This document shows positions 8,401-16,119 of a stretch of 31,220 nucleotides of DNA, piece by piece; position 1 is the first letter of the stretch; each line of letters begins with the position of its first letter. The notes beneath the pieces were generated by a model that was given only the letters and a program-made list of their open reading frames with translations, was not told where the DNA came from and did not search any database. Origin of the DNA: a virus (lineage: Duplodnaviria > Caudoviricetes); IMG/VR virus record IMGVR_UViG_3300023081_000053, positions 1 through 31,220 of that record; one strand, 5' to 3'. The translations under genes and the position numbers were made by a program.

Positions 8401-11400
8401 GCGTGATGCTTACTTTGCTGCCATCGCTCGTAGTTATAGAAACTATGATGAGGCTTTCCAAGCTGCGCTAGATCGAATGAACACTACACGTCAGGATGCA
8501 GAAGCATCTTGGAGAAGAGCAGAGAGTTCACTGCTTGAGGCTGCGCGGAATGCACGTAGGTCATCTGGTGTTGGGATCTCTTCTGCCGCAACGGCAGAGG
8601 CTGGCATTACAACGCCTTCAGAAGTACGCACTGATGTAGATCCATCAGCCTTGAATATAAGCGCCCGTGAAGAGCCATCTTCTATGAGTGCAAAAGGTTC
8701 TGCCATCTTATCTACCTCCGATGACTATGTTACAGATTTGCCTGTTGAACAGCAAGTTAAGTTCTCAAGGCTGTCTCGCTCCCCTAGTGTATCAGGTTTA
8801 CAAGACTTTATCAGAAATAATCCTGATGGATTTACTATTGATCCTGTCTCCATGGAACCTGCGTCTGGTGGTTTCGTTGTTGCCCCCCTCAAAGAAGCCG
8901 AAATAATTGTCGGAGAGACCTTGCCAGAGGAGGTACTATTAGGTTATATTGAGGATAATAAGGATATTTCGAGGGCTGTCAATAAGCCAGTTTACCTTGG
9001 TGGTTGGTTCGACACAGACTCTCAGCAATATTTCTTAGACAACACTTTGATACTGCCGACTGCAGAAGAGGCGCTGTACATCGCTGAGGCTGCAGATCAA
9101 CTGGCAATCTTTGATCTGAATAACTTTGAGGAGATCAGGACCAATGAAGGAATCAGACAACTCCAAGAGAGTGGTGCTTACAGAGGTGACACCGCAATCG
9201 GATACCAAAGAAACCTTGCAGAGGTTGGTCGCCGCTTTGCGGAAGCAAGGAATAACCGTAACGCCAGCCAAAGAGAACAGCTTACTAGAGGAGTAGAGGG
9301 CTTTAGACAATCACGTCTAACCTTACCCCTCTCTCCTGAGCAACGTGCTGCTAGTGTTCTGGATTATTTAGACCCGAACACTGGACAACCTAAGTTTAAA
9401 AACAAGCAGGGTTCCGAAACCCTTGTAAGCTTTGCCAACAAGCTTCTTGAGCTTCGCGGCACACGTACATATGACATCGTCAACTCAGAGCAAGACCGCG
9501 AAGAGGTCGCTCGCATCATGGCTGCAGAAGCAGAGGCTGCGCTTCTGTCCAGTAGCGATGCGATTGGTTGGTATGATGCCAAGCTGAAGCTGGCAAAACA
9601 AATTCTGTTCCCTGTGTACCCAGAGGTATCACCACTGCGTCCTGATGGCACAGAGAATTCAATGTATGATCCAGCGTCTGAGCATGCATTTGACTATGCA
9701 ACAGCAGTTACCTCAAATGGTTTGTCTGTAATTGACAACTACCTACTGGCATCTCGCCAGTATGACGCATGGAAAAACAACCAAGACGGTAAGTTCCCGC
9801 TCTCAGCTTCTGGGGCGCAAGGCAAGTCCATGATTAAGGCGTGGGAGTTTTGGAATGCTCTTGTGGATCTTGGTTATAACTCTAATCAGATTAACGATCT
9901 GCTTACAACGCAGATGCGTAAGGGTGATCTTGCGGCACTGATGACAGAAGTATTCGGTGTAGATCGTGTCAAAGATTTACCATTTACAATAGATGGAAAA
10001 GAACTTGCCGATGAAATCGTTGGCGTTGCCTATGTGATTGGACCTAAGATTGGAAATGGTTTCTATCAAAACTTACGTGGCAACTTTGATCCTCTAACAA
10101 TGGATCGCTGGTGGATGCGCTTTGTCAACCGTATCACTGGCAACCCAACAGTTAACTATCGTGAAGAACTTGTACAGGAAAACAAAGAAAAGCTTTGGAA
10201 CCTAATATCAAATCCAGATAGCTTGACGGAAATGGACCAAAAGCTTTTGGTGGATACTGTCGAAGCTTTGGGAATCACCACTATAGAGAAAAGTGATATT
10301 GAACTTATTGCCCCAGAAGTACAAAAAGTTTGGGACAAAAACTTCTACAACAAAGCATTCAACGACAAGCTTGATGATCTTGCTGATCAATATAACTTTC
10401 TTGTCACATCAGACGGTGTAATCACTGGGCGTGACGCGGAAAAAGTTAAGAAGATTGCTCAAGATGCACGTCCTAAATCCACAGACTTAGCACTGGCTGC
10501 TAAAAATTTAGCAGGTAAACTAAAGCCTCAGCTTCAGGAAGATCCACGTAATGCCCGTGAGCGTTCAGCCATGAGGGCTGCTGCTAATCGTGCTAGAGAA
10601 ATACTGCGTCAAAGCAACCAGATTGGTGTGGATCTAACCAACGCAGACTTCCAAGCCCTCATGTGGTACGCAGAGAAGCGCATCTTTGAAGCTGGTGGTG
10701 TGCGCAAAGGTCGTGGTGATGACAATGATTATGCAGATGGTGCAATAGCCATCCTTAAAAACAAAGGTGTAAGCGATGACAAAATCGAAGCCACACTCCC
10801 CGATGCAGAACGAGGAAGAATCCGTAGTGTCGAATCTCAACTCGACAGAGATTCTGAAATTGGCAGAGAGATTGATGCGATACAAAGAGGGCCAGAAGAA
10901 GGAAACTTCTTCGCTCCAAGAGAGCTAACACTTCTTGATGGGTCTATGGCCCCACAGGAACAGCTAACAACCGAACAGCTACAGCAAACAGAAGCAGATC
11001 TTGCGGGAGCAGAAGTTGATCCAGAGCTACCACCTCAACGGTTCTCTCGCCTCATCCCTGCTCAGGCACTCATGCCATTACGCGCACCAGTTAACATGGC
11101 TGATGGCTCTCCCAATCCAGTCTATGGGTACTTTAGGGATGACACAACGGGCAAGCTACGTCCTATAGTTTTGCCTAGAGGTTCCCACAAAACATACGAG
11201 AATGGTGTAGAGGTTGGTCAGGGATTGTATCACATACAACAACGCAACCACGATAAGGAACTGGTGGAGAATTCTAAATACAAGCGTGTTGAGAATGCCA
11301 TCTTTGATCTCCTTCGCCGCTGGCAAGATCAAGGGTACGAGGATGGTGATGCGGTTATCTCCTATCCAAGTCAGGGTGTTATCGTTCTTGAGTGGCGCAA

Positions 11401-14400
11401 TAACCTAGCGTTTAAAGCACCACCCATGCGCCTTGTGCTGCAGTCGGGTCGTGATCTACCAAATGCACCTTCTAAAAATGTATTTTATGTAAAGACATTC
11501 TTCCCGATCTTGGAGAAGAAAGCACGGAAGACTGCGCCTGTTCGTCAATCTCGCTTGATGAGCAGACTTCCAGAACAGATAGGCGAAAAGCAATACAATT
11601 TAGAATATGCTAGAACCTCTGACTTCTTGGCAAAGGGTTTGAAATTTTTTGTGCCAGAAGAAAAAGCACAGACTGCAGCGGATGGGATTATTCGCAGGTT
11701 CCAAGACGACATGCTTCCCGTGGGACGTATGATGCAAGAGCTTCAAAAGAAGGACGCTACAATTACAGATGCGTTTGATCCTTATCTGCAAGAAGAATTG
11801 TATCATGGTCGTGTAGGCGCAGAGATCGAAAGCCGTGAGAAGACAATCTACAAAGATGCTGTGGATGCAGTTAAAGGTGTTAACATTTCTCAGGGTAAGA
11901 TCGATCAGCTAAAAGCTATTTCAGACAAGGCGTCAGAGACGGGTGATGGGTTTGTTAAGAAAGCTCTTGCTAGTTACCCAAGCAAAAAACTTGCAGTAGT
12001 TGATGCTGTTCTTTACGCGACACACGCTAAGGAACGTAACGCATTCATCAGAAAAAAAGATCCAGATAACACCTCTGGCTCAGGCATGTCAGACATGGAA
12101 GCTGATTCAATCCTAGCGTGGGTTGCCACGTTGGACGCGCCAAGTGTGGCTGCTCTGCAGAGAGTTCAGCAAGGGGTCAGAAGTATTGTTGCAAATACAA
12201 ACCAGAGCCGTGCTGATTATGGTTTGATACCAGAGGAATTGCGCACTGATACAAACTTTAATTCATACGTGCCTCTGCGTGGCAAGGTGGATATGCTTGA
12301 GGGCGAAATGGACTTTACCCGCCCAGCCAGCGGTGCGCCGTTTGGTGTACGTGGTAGGGAAGATCGTCGTGCGCTAGGTCGTTTTGACTATGCCACAGAT
12401 ATCCTTGCAACTGTGATTAATCAGAACCAGAACTCTGTTGTTCGCGGAGAACGCAACAAGGTTGGTCAGGCATTCATTGAATTGCTACGCGCAAACCCAG
12501 ACAAAACCCGTGGCTTTGGTCGGATCCTAGATCGCATGCCAACAATACGAAGAGAGGATACATCAGGTAAGGTAAGAGAATTTACAGACTTTATGGCGGC
12601 TCAAGACCCACACATTTTTGTTGCTAAAGAAAATGGTAAAGATGTTTATGTTGAGATCAGTGACATACGTCTCGCCAACTCCTTGAAGGGTAGTGATGGA
12701 ACAGGATCTAGCTCACTTGGAGCTATCACTAGATCTTTGGGTAAGCTTAACAGATACCTGTCAAACATTAACACCTCGTACAACCCAGAATTTTTTATCA
12801 CTAACATCGTCCGTGACATCCAGACTGCAGGTATAAACGTGCAGCAGTTTGATGCTGATGGCATGGTGAAGAGTATTGCCAAGGACTACAGAAGCGCATT
12901 TGGTGGCATCAAGAGAGCCATCAGAAATGGTGACAAGGATAGTGAGTGGGCAAAGATATACGCTGACTTCGTCCGTGATGGTGGTCAGAATTCTGCAAAC
13001 CCAATGAACAGTGTTGCCGATCAGATGGCAAACATTAGCAACTTACTGGGCGACATCGCTGAGGATGGTGCGCGTGGCAAGTTCAACAAGATGAAGAACA
13101 GTTTTGCAGGGGAGAGAGTTAAGTCTCTTCTCAAGTTCTTAGAAGACTACAACACTGTGGCTGAAAACGCCGTGCGTGTTGCTGTTTACAAAGGTCTAAA
13201 GGACAAAGGCTTCTCGCCTGAGAGAGCGGCACAAGCTGCACGTAATGTGACTGTAAACTTTGGTAAGGGTGGCGAATACAAGACACTGATGAACTCAATG
13301 TACTTGTTCTATAACGCATCCATCCAAGGTTCATTTGCGCTTTTCAATGCGTTCCTAAGATCACCAAAGGTTCGCAGATTATGGGGTGCTTTGGTTGTTG
13401 CTGGTGTAATGCAAGACCTTCTTAACTCAACATTTTCTGAAGAAGATGATGATGAGATCTTAGTCTACGACAAGATACCCGATTACATTCTTGAGCATAA
13501 CTTGATCCTTCCGACATTTGGTATGGGAACTGATCGTCAATATCTTGCGATACCAATGCCATACGGTTTGAACATGGCAGTCAATGCTGGTCGCGCATTC
13601 AATCGCACATTACGCGGAGAATACTCTGCGTCAGAAGGTGCCAACTCAATCATCATGACTGCGGTGGATGCTCTCAATCCACTGGGCGGCACAGAGAACC
13701 TTATCAACTTTGCAGCGCCAACTGTGTTCGATCCCTTCGTTGAAATCATGCGTAACGAAAACTACGCTGGAGTTCCGATATACAAGCAGCAGTATCCAGG
13801 AGATCAGTCCCCCGATAGCCAGCGTTACTTCAATAGTGTCAGCCCTTCAGCGCGTTGGATTACAAACAACTTAAATGCTCTGACTGGCGGCACCACTGAG
13901 ATGTCTGGTTTCGTTGATTGGAACCCAGAGATCATGGACTACTGGTTTGAATATCTGACAGGTGGTATCGGGCGGTTCGTCCAAAGAACAGCCGAATTAC
14001 CTGCTCGTGTGTACACCGATGGCTTCAACGAAGACTTGGTCCGCGAGATACCTTTTGTTCGTAAGGCAATCGGCACTGTGTCAGAGCGTGAAAACATTGG
14101 CATGTTTGTGGAGAAGCGTGATCGTATCTTGAACGTAGGTCAGGAGATCAAGGCGGCACAAGAAGCAGGTGACCGTGAAAGGTTTATGAGGGCAAGAGAA
14201 AAGTATTCTGAAGAGATTGCTCTTCTGCCTCGCATCAAAGCAATCAACAATGCCATCAAAAAAATATCACGGCAGCAGAACGCTATCCGTGATAATGTAA
14301 ACCTTCCTGACAGTCAGCGTCAGTTAATTCTTGATAGGTTGGATGAGCAAAAGCAGATGCTATACGCTCGTGGCAATATGATCATGAAGGACTATCGATA

Positions 14401-14401
14401 A
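5456..14401 (+). CDS. Large polyvalent protein: ejection-protein-like N-terminus, metallopeptidase, RelA/SpoT-like, SAM-lyase-like, HhH glycosylase-like, BECR RNase-like and LPD38-like C-terminal domains
   Basis: 2981 aa, TTG start with AGGAG (5444-5448) 7 nt upstream. Motifs HETTH (7418) and EEAVAE (7604); D..R/PK..GWR/VEW/GH..FEEWR; GGW..D..DQLAIFDL; GPKIG..NL..TMDRW..QALMW; GLYHI...NH; C-terminal NFGKGG..LFYNASIQG..IPMPYG. Confidence 0.8.
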   Translation: MGVIQQVGQFSGNPYSFTIAGDTPTEQEVARISQILDQQELPYRQQYETQYGGIASLNQPIEEEEEGGFFSRLGDRFAYAIDAPLENFATTARLTGFDRTADFLSGAVEMPENYESATEKFLNEDGSFYNFLYAPEAVAEQAGQFAGSLLSRAGGAAIGGVATGGSPAGVLAGALAGPALFEAVQLVGPIAQQRARNNGREIPTKDDWLGAISSASASGALNAIAPGLQGTLRKLIAEGGTETVQSVIQQTGETALTDKGLDINLRQAFGEGILAAGTVAAISGPIDYLSEKPKSASEIELDEDLQESAVEDSERTGFASDISQQLMEQAEAQTEAAIQSESPQTTSESPATLSEVTTDSEFENKTYNKAQYDRVLQQVKSDIAREKALSVTGIQRAIKTDLPDTKVSQVRDIMAELETRGYVQSQPTTTRDLRAVPLYQPTENIVPQLKTPDVAYRRQIDIANEAIEKNNKTIDSLKLDLDSVREFGRDLQGKRTTENAINYEITRLGERNKQYSSVVNEAQQGLQQVGSLPYVPKVTPDLNRAQKIERKVAAAKARSVADQVKEKVQSNKPVYTPALTAKQEKVFQSIRKRLDGYGLKDVRLEAEQLVKAPDGAGIEGSYNPTNRMMSLSMGLYDPNLSEAELFNRVGEVLDHETTHALKEMNVITPAEWKTLTDAAAKMRYTKIKSGEKQQRKYSYLDRAKRMYGDMGAEIQAEEAVAEMFRDYNAGRLSMKGKPVSLFNKIKNFFKAIIGGAKANGFTDVQSIFDDIVVGNIGQRERGIAAQEQTEPTSSRQSRLAATEEETTPEQNIRMPLNVAAPNDQIRAEIQRMTNQNRPLVKQLIRRIDERYGTKSGDNAKDLSKVTQKARRPSILAKKPWHDVSHIRDSYRFKTVIDDFRAVPAIFNELLADGISLVKIDTNKLFEPKEWGWRIIAFDLRMPNGQLVEWYLPLRELEVEKKARGHLIFEEWRNKTQEELSAQRDAYFAAIARSYRNYDEAFQAALDRMNTTRQDAEASWRRAESSLLEAARNARRSSGVGISSAATAEAGITTPSEVRTDVDPSALNISAREEPSSMSAKGSAILSTSDDYVTDLPVEQQVKFSRLSRSPSVSGLQDFIRNNPDGFTIDPVSMEPASGGFVVAPLKEAEIIVGETLPEEVLLGYIEDNKDISRAVNKPVYLGGWFDTDSQQYFLDNTLILPTAEEALYIAEAADQLAIFDLNNFEEIRTNEGIRQLQESGAYRGDTAIGYQRNLAEVGRRFAEARNNRNASQREQLTRGVEGFRQSRLTLPLSPEQRAASVLDYLDPNTGQPKFKNKQGSETLVSFANKLLELRGTRTYDIVNSEQDREEVARIMAAEAEAALLSSSDAIGWYDAKLKLAKQILFPVYPEVSPLRPDGTENSMYDPASEHAFDYATAVTSNGLSVIDNYLLASRQYDAWKNNQDGKFPLSASGAQGKSMIKAWEFWNALVDLGYNSNQINDLLTTQMRKGDLAALMTEVFGVDRVKDLPFTIDGKELADEIVGVAYVIGPKIGNGFYQNLRGNFDPLTMDRWWMRFVNRITGNPTVNYREELVQENKEKLWNLISNPDSLTEMDQKLLVDTVEALGITTIEKSDIELIAPEVQKVWDKNFYNKAFNDKLDDLADQYNFLVTSDGVITGRDAEKVKKIAQDARPKSTDLALAAKNLAGKLKPQLQEDPRNARERSAMRAAANRAREILRQSNQIGVDLTNADFQALMWYAEKRIFEAGGVRKGRGDDNDYADGAIAILKNKGVSDDKIEATLPDAERGRIRSVESQLDRDSEIGREIDAIQRGPEEGNFFAPRELTLLDGSMAPQEQLTTEQLQQTEADLAGAEVDPELPPQRFSRLIPAQALMPLRAPVNMADGSPNPVYGYFRDDTTGKLRPIVLPRGSHKTYENGVEVGQGLYHIQQRNHDKELVENSKYKRVENAIFDLLRRWQDQGYEDGDAVISYPSQGVIVLEWRNNLAFKAPPMRLVLQSGRDLPNAPSKNVFYVKTFFPILEKKARKTAPVRQSRLMSRLPEQIGEKQYNLEYARTSDFLAKGLKFFVPEEKAQTAADGIIRRFQDDMLPVGRMMQELQKKDATITDAFDPYLQEELYHGRVGAEIESREKTIYKDAVDAVKGVNISQGKIDQLKAISDKASETGDGFVKKALASYPSKKLAVVDAVLYATHAKERNAFIRKKDPDNTSGSGMSDMEADSILAWVATLDAPSVAALQRVQQGVRSIVANTNQSRADYGLIPEELRTDTNFNSYVPLRGKVDMLEGEMDFTRPASGAPFGVRGREDRRALGRFDYATDILATVINQNQNSVVRGERNKVGQAFIELLRANPDKTRGFGRILDRMPTIRREDTSGKVREFTDFMAAQDPHIFVAKENGKDVYVEISDIRLANSLKGSDGTGSSSLGAITRSLGKLNRYLSNINTSYNPEFFITNIVRDIQTAGINVQQFDADGMVKSIAKDYRSAFGGIKRAIRNGDKDSEWAKIYADFVRDGGQNSANPMNSVADQMANISNLLGDIAEDGARGKFNKMKNSFAGERVKSLLKFLEDYNTVAENAVRVAVYKGLKDKGFSPERAAQAARNVTVNFGKGGEYKTLMNSMYLFYNASIQGSFALFNAFLRSPKVRRLWGALVVAGVMQDLLNSTFSEEDDDEILVYDKIPDYILEHNLILPTFGMGTDRQYLAIPMPYGLNMAVNAGRAFNRTLRGEYSASEGANSIIMTAVDALNPLGGTENLINFAAPTVFDPFVEIMRNENYAGVPIYKQQYPGDQSPDSQRYFNSVSPSARWITNNLNALTGGTTEMSGFVDWNPEIMDYWFEYLTGGIGRFVQRTAELPARVYTDGFNEDLVREIPFVRKAIGTVSERENIGMFVEKRDRILNVGQEIKAAQEAGDRERFMRAREKYSEEIALLPRIKAINNAIKKISRQQNAIRDNVNLPDSQRQLILDRLDEQKQMLYARGNMIMKDYR
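8491..8706 (-). CDS. Nested antisense 71-aa gene, candidate antitoxin/immunity protein for the RelA/SpoT-like domain
   Basis: ATG at 8706, GGAGGT at 8719-8714 (7-nt spacing), promoter-like TTGCTG-N17-TAACAT upstream. The product looks natural while the overlapping + strand segment is Ser-rich and linker-like. Confidence 0.65.
   Translation of the reverse strand: MAEPFALIEDGSSRALIFKADGSTSVRTSEGVVMPASAVAAEEIPTPDDLRAFRAASSSELSALLQDASAS
8714..8755 (-). promoter_or_regulatory. Sigma70-like promoter and RBS for the nested antisense gene
   Basis: -35 TTGCTG (8755-8750), 17-nt spacer, -10 TAACAT (8732-8727), SD GGAGGT (8719-8714). Confidence 0.55.
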
Positions 14402-14417
14402 AGTTCAATTGAACTTT
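14400..14417. promoter_or_regulatory. Perfect 18-bp palindrome AAAGTTCAATTGAACTTT, best copy of a dispersed motif
   Basis: Sits at the convergent junction of the giant gene and the 170-aa gene. Related copies at 3483, 7156, 18129, 21713, 23605, 25138, 27695, 30217 and 30835. Confidence 0.75.
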
Positions 14418-14917
14418 TTAAGTCTTCTGAAAGTGTAGTAAGCCCAAAGTTTCTCAATTGGGCTTAGTTCATCCTGATCTAAAACCATGCCCACCCCATG
14501 ACCTAAGTCCATAGGTTTGCTTAGTTTACTGAATGTCTTTTGAGAACAGTAACCCGCTACACGAAAGGTGTCTTCTTCTTGCTTACAGACAAGTACGGAG
14601 CAGTCTGCTTTAAATGACTCCATGTTTTTGAAAAGCAACTTACCTCTTGGATAAAATGTTGACTTAACATCAATAGATAAATCACCAAGCCACATATCTT
14701 CGCCACTATCTACACCTAATTGAAATGGGTTGTGTTCTATGTCGAACACTTTAGCAACGCAAACTTCCGCCTGTATACCAAGCAGATCAAGATCGTTATC
14801 ATTCCGACCCTGATCTCTCCTTTGGTTTGCAACACCACATGCCCTAGCAAGCTGCCACCTAAAGGTAGCTGCTTGCTTGCAGTTAGACATTTCTTTAGGA
14901 CTTAACTTTACTATCAT
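14405..14917 (-). CDS. PD-(D/E)XK nuclease-like protein
   Basis: G..AE..VA, D.G.D and IDVKST motifs in 170 aa. Confidence 0.55.
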   Translation of the reverse strand: MIVKLSPKEMSNCKQAATFRWQLARACGVANQRRDQGRNDNDLDLLGIQAEVCVAKVFDIEHNPFQLGVDSGEDMWLGDLSIDVKSTFYPRGKLLFKNMESFKADCSVLVCKQEEDTFRVAGYCSQKTFSKLSKPMDLGHGVGMVLDQDELSPIEKLWAYYTFRRLKKFN

Positions 14918-15089
14918 GTCTACTGTTTATCCACTCAATTATTTCTGATCTTTTCCACCGCCGTGTGTGTGGTGTAATCATGATTGGTTTCGGGAAATCA
15001 TTCTCTTCCCGCAACATTTTTTGAACAGTCTTTAAGTGAAGCGACAGCATCACAGACAGATCGTTTGTATCTAGGAGTTTTTCTTCCAT
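14895..15089 (-). CDS. AlpA/excisionase-like HTH DNA-binding protein
   Basis: 64 aa; LL...DL..ML......TV and FPKPI....RRW..SEI.EWI signature. Confidence 0.8.
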   Translation of the reverse strand: MEEKLLDTNDLSVMLSLHLKTVQKMLREENDFPKPIMITPHTRRWKRSEIIEWINSRHDSKVKS

Positions 15090-15520
15090 TGCCTAAAGTC
15101 CTCTCTTAGTGTTTCGAACTTACTTCTGGCATCAGGATTATCTCTAAACTCTGACCGTGATGTGATGCCACAGTATTCTCTTACAGCCTTCACCGCTGCG
15201 CCTTCAATTTTGAAAGGGTCTTCTTCATCCATCAACCCACAAGACCAGAGGTACTCTCCGAATTCTGGGTTACGGCACAGAAGCCCTGCCGATGCAATCA
15301 GCCTTTCTATTCGCTGATGTTCTTCCCGTGTCTCTGGTTCATCCTGATCGTTAAGTCGAACCATAGCCACCATGTATCTTGTTCCCACCCAGTCAGTGTG
15401 AAGCTCTTGTGGGCAGTCGTTTGGATGGACGTTGAGTCGAAGGATAATTCCATTTCTATCTTGAGACATGGATACCTTCACAGCTTCAAAGCCCATAGCT
15501 GCATCTCTTATGCTACTCAT
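15071..15520 (-). CDS. Hypothetical phage protein
   Basis: Tightly packed in the operon; likely ATG at 15520 (MSSIRD), just after the upstream gene's stop. Confidence 0.7.
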   Translation of the reverse strand: MSSIRDAAMGFEAVKVSMSQDRNGIILRLNVHPNDCPQELHTDWVGTRYMVAMVRLNDQDEPETREEHQRIERLIASAGLLCRNPEFGEYLWSCGLMDEEDPFKIEGAAVKAVREYCGITSRSEFRDNPDARSKFETLREDFRQWKKNS

Positions 15521-15521
15521 C

Positions 15522-15809
15522 TTAAAAACCCCAATCAATTTTTACATGAACATGAACGTCAATGCGTTCTGGAATGCCTGATGTTTGATTGATCAACACA
15601 GGCTCATCGAATTCACCAAAGAAACTTTCGTAAGGCACACCTAAGTAATCAGCAATGTCTTTGATTGCTGTTGCAGGTGGCTCTTTTATTACGCCTCTCT
15701 CGTACTTAGAATAAAGAGATTGATGTAAGTTTATGGCGTCACATATTTCTGTTTGAATTAAGCCTTTTTGTTCGCGGATCTTCTTTAAGAGCTTTCCATT
15801 AAAGTTCAC
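15522..15809 (-). CDS. XRE-family HTH transcriptional regulator
   Basis: LKKIRE.KGL.Q..I...INL.QS.YSKYERG...P.......IADYLGV. Likely GTG start at 15809 with GGAGAG upstream. Confidence 0.85.
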   Translation of the reverse strand: MNFNGKLLKKIREQKGLIQTEICDAINLHQSLYSKYERGVIKEPPATAIKDIADYLGVPYESFFGEFDEPVLINQTSGIPERIDVHVHVKIDWGF

Positions 15810-16119
15810 TGTATCTCTCCCAATTTCTTTCAGCCCATGCTTTGGCATCTACCCCCATAAGATCCCACCATGTGCGCTCATCACCAAAACGGTGCAGGTC
15901 CATATGGCAATCGTGACACAGAGGTACAGCCCAGTTATCTCCCGACCTCATACCTACACCACGTTCCCCCACATGCTGCAGGTGGTGCGCCTCTGCGCCA
16001 CGACTACACACTAAGCAGGGTGACCCCCGCAAAGTTTTCAAATATCTCTCCCGCCTAATCCTGTCTTGCTTTGGGAAGCGAAAGCCTCGCCACTTTCTCG
16101 TCAGCATCTTTATCCTCAA
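15799..16119 (-). CDS. HNH-like zinc-binding nuclease (DUF968/HNHc type)
   Basis: CLVC...AEAHH...G.G....D.WAVPLCHDCH..LH. Confidence 0.75.
   Translation of the reverse strand: MRIKMLTRKWRGFRFPKQDRIRRERYLKTLRGSPCLVCSRGAEAHHLQHVGERGVGMRSGDNWAVPLCHDCHMDLHRFGDERTWWDLMGVDAKAWAERNWERYSEL

Noticed and set aside
9035-9310. Antisense ORF behind cargo 2 as a second nested immunity gene
   Set aside because: TTG start with poorly spaced purine tract, Cys-rich shadow-like product, and it overlaps conserved + strand motifs.
10292-10305. AGTGATATTGAACT as another palindrome copy
   Set aside because: Three mismatches including the otherwise invariant C; could be chance.
9364-10885. Antisense ORFs within the glycosylase-like domain
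   Set aside because: No SD or promoter seen; Ser- or Cys/Phe-rich shadow translations of a well-formed + strand domain.
14402-14415. Dispersed palindrome as a LexA box
   Set aside because: Its GTTC-N4-GAAC arrangement matches neither the Gram-positive GAAC-N4-GTTC nor the alphaproteobacterial GTTC-N7-GTTC box, and most copies are not at promoters.
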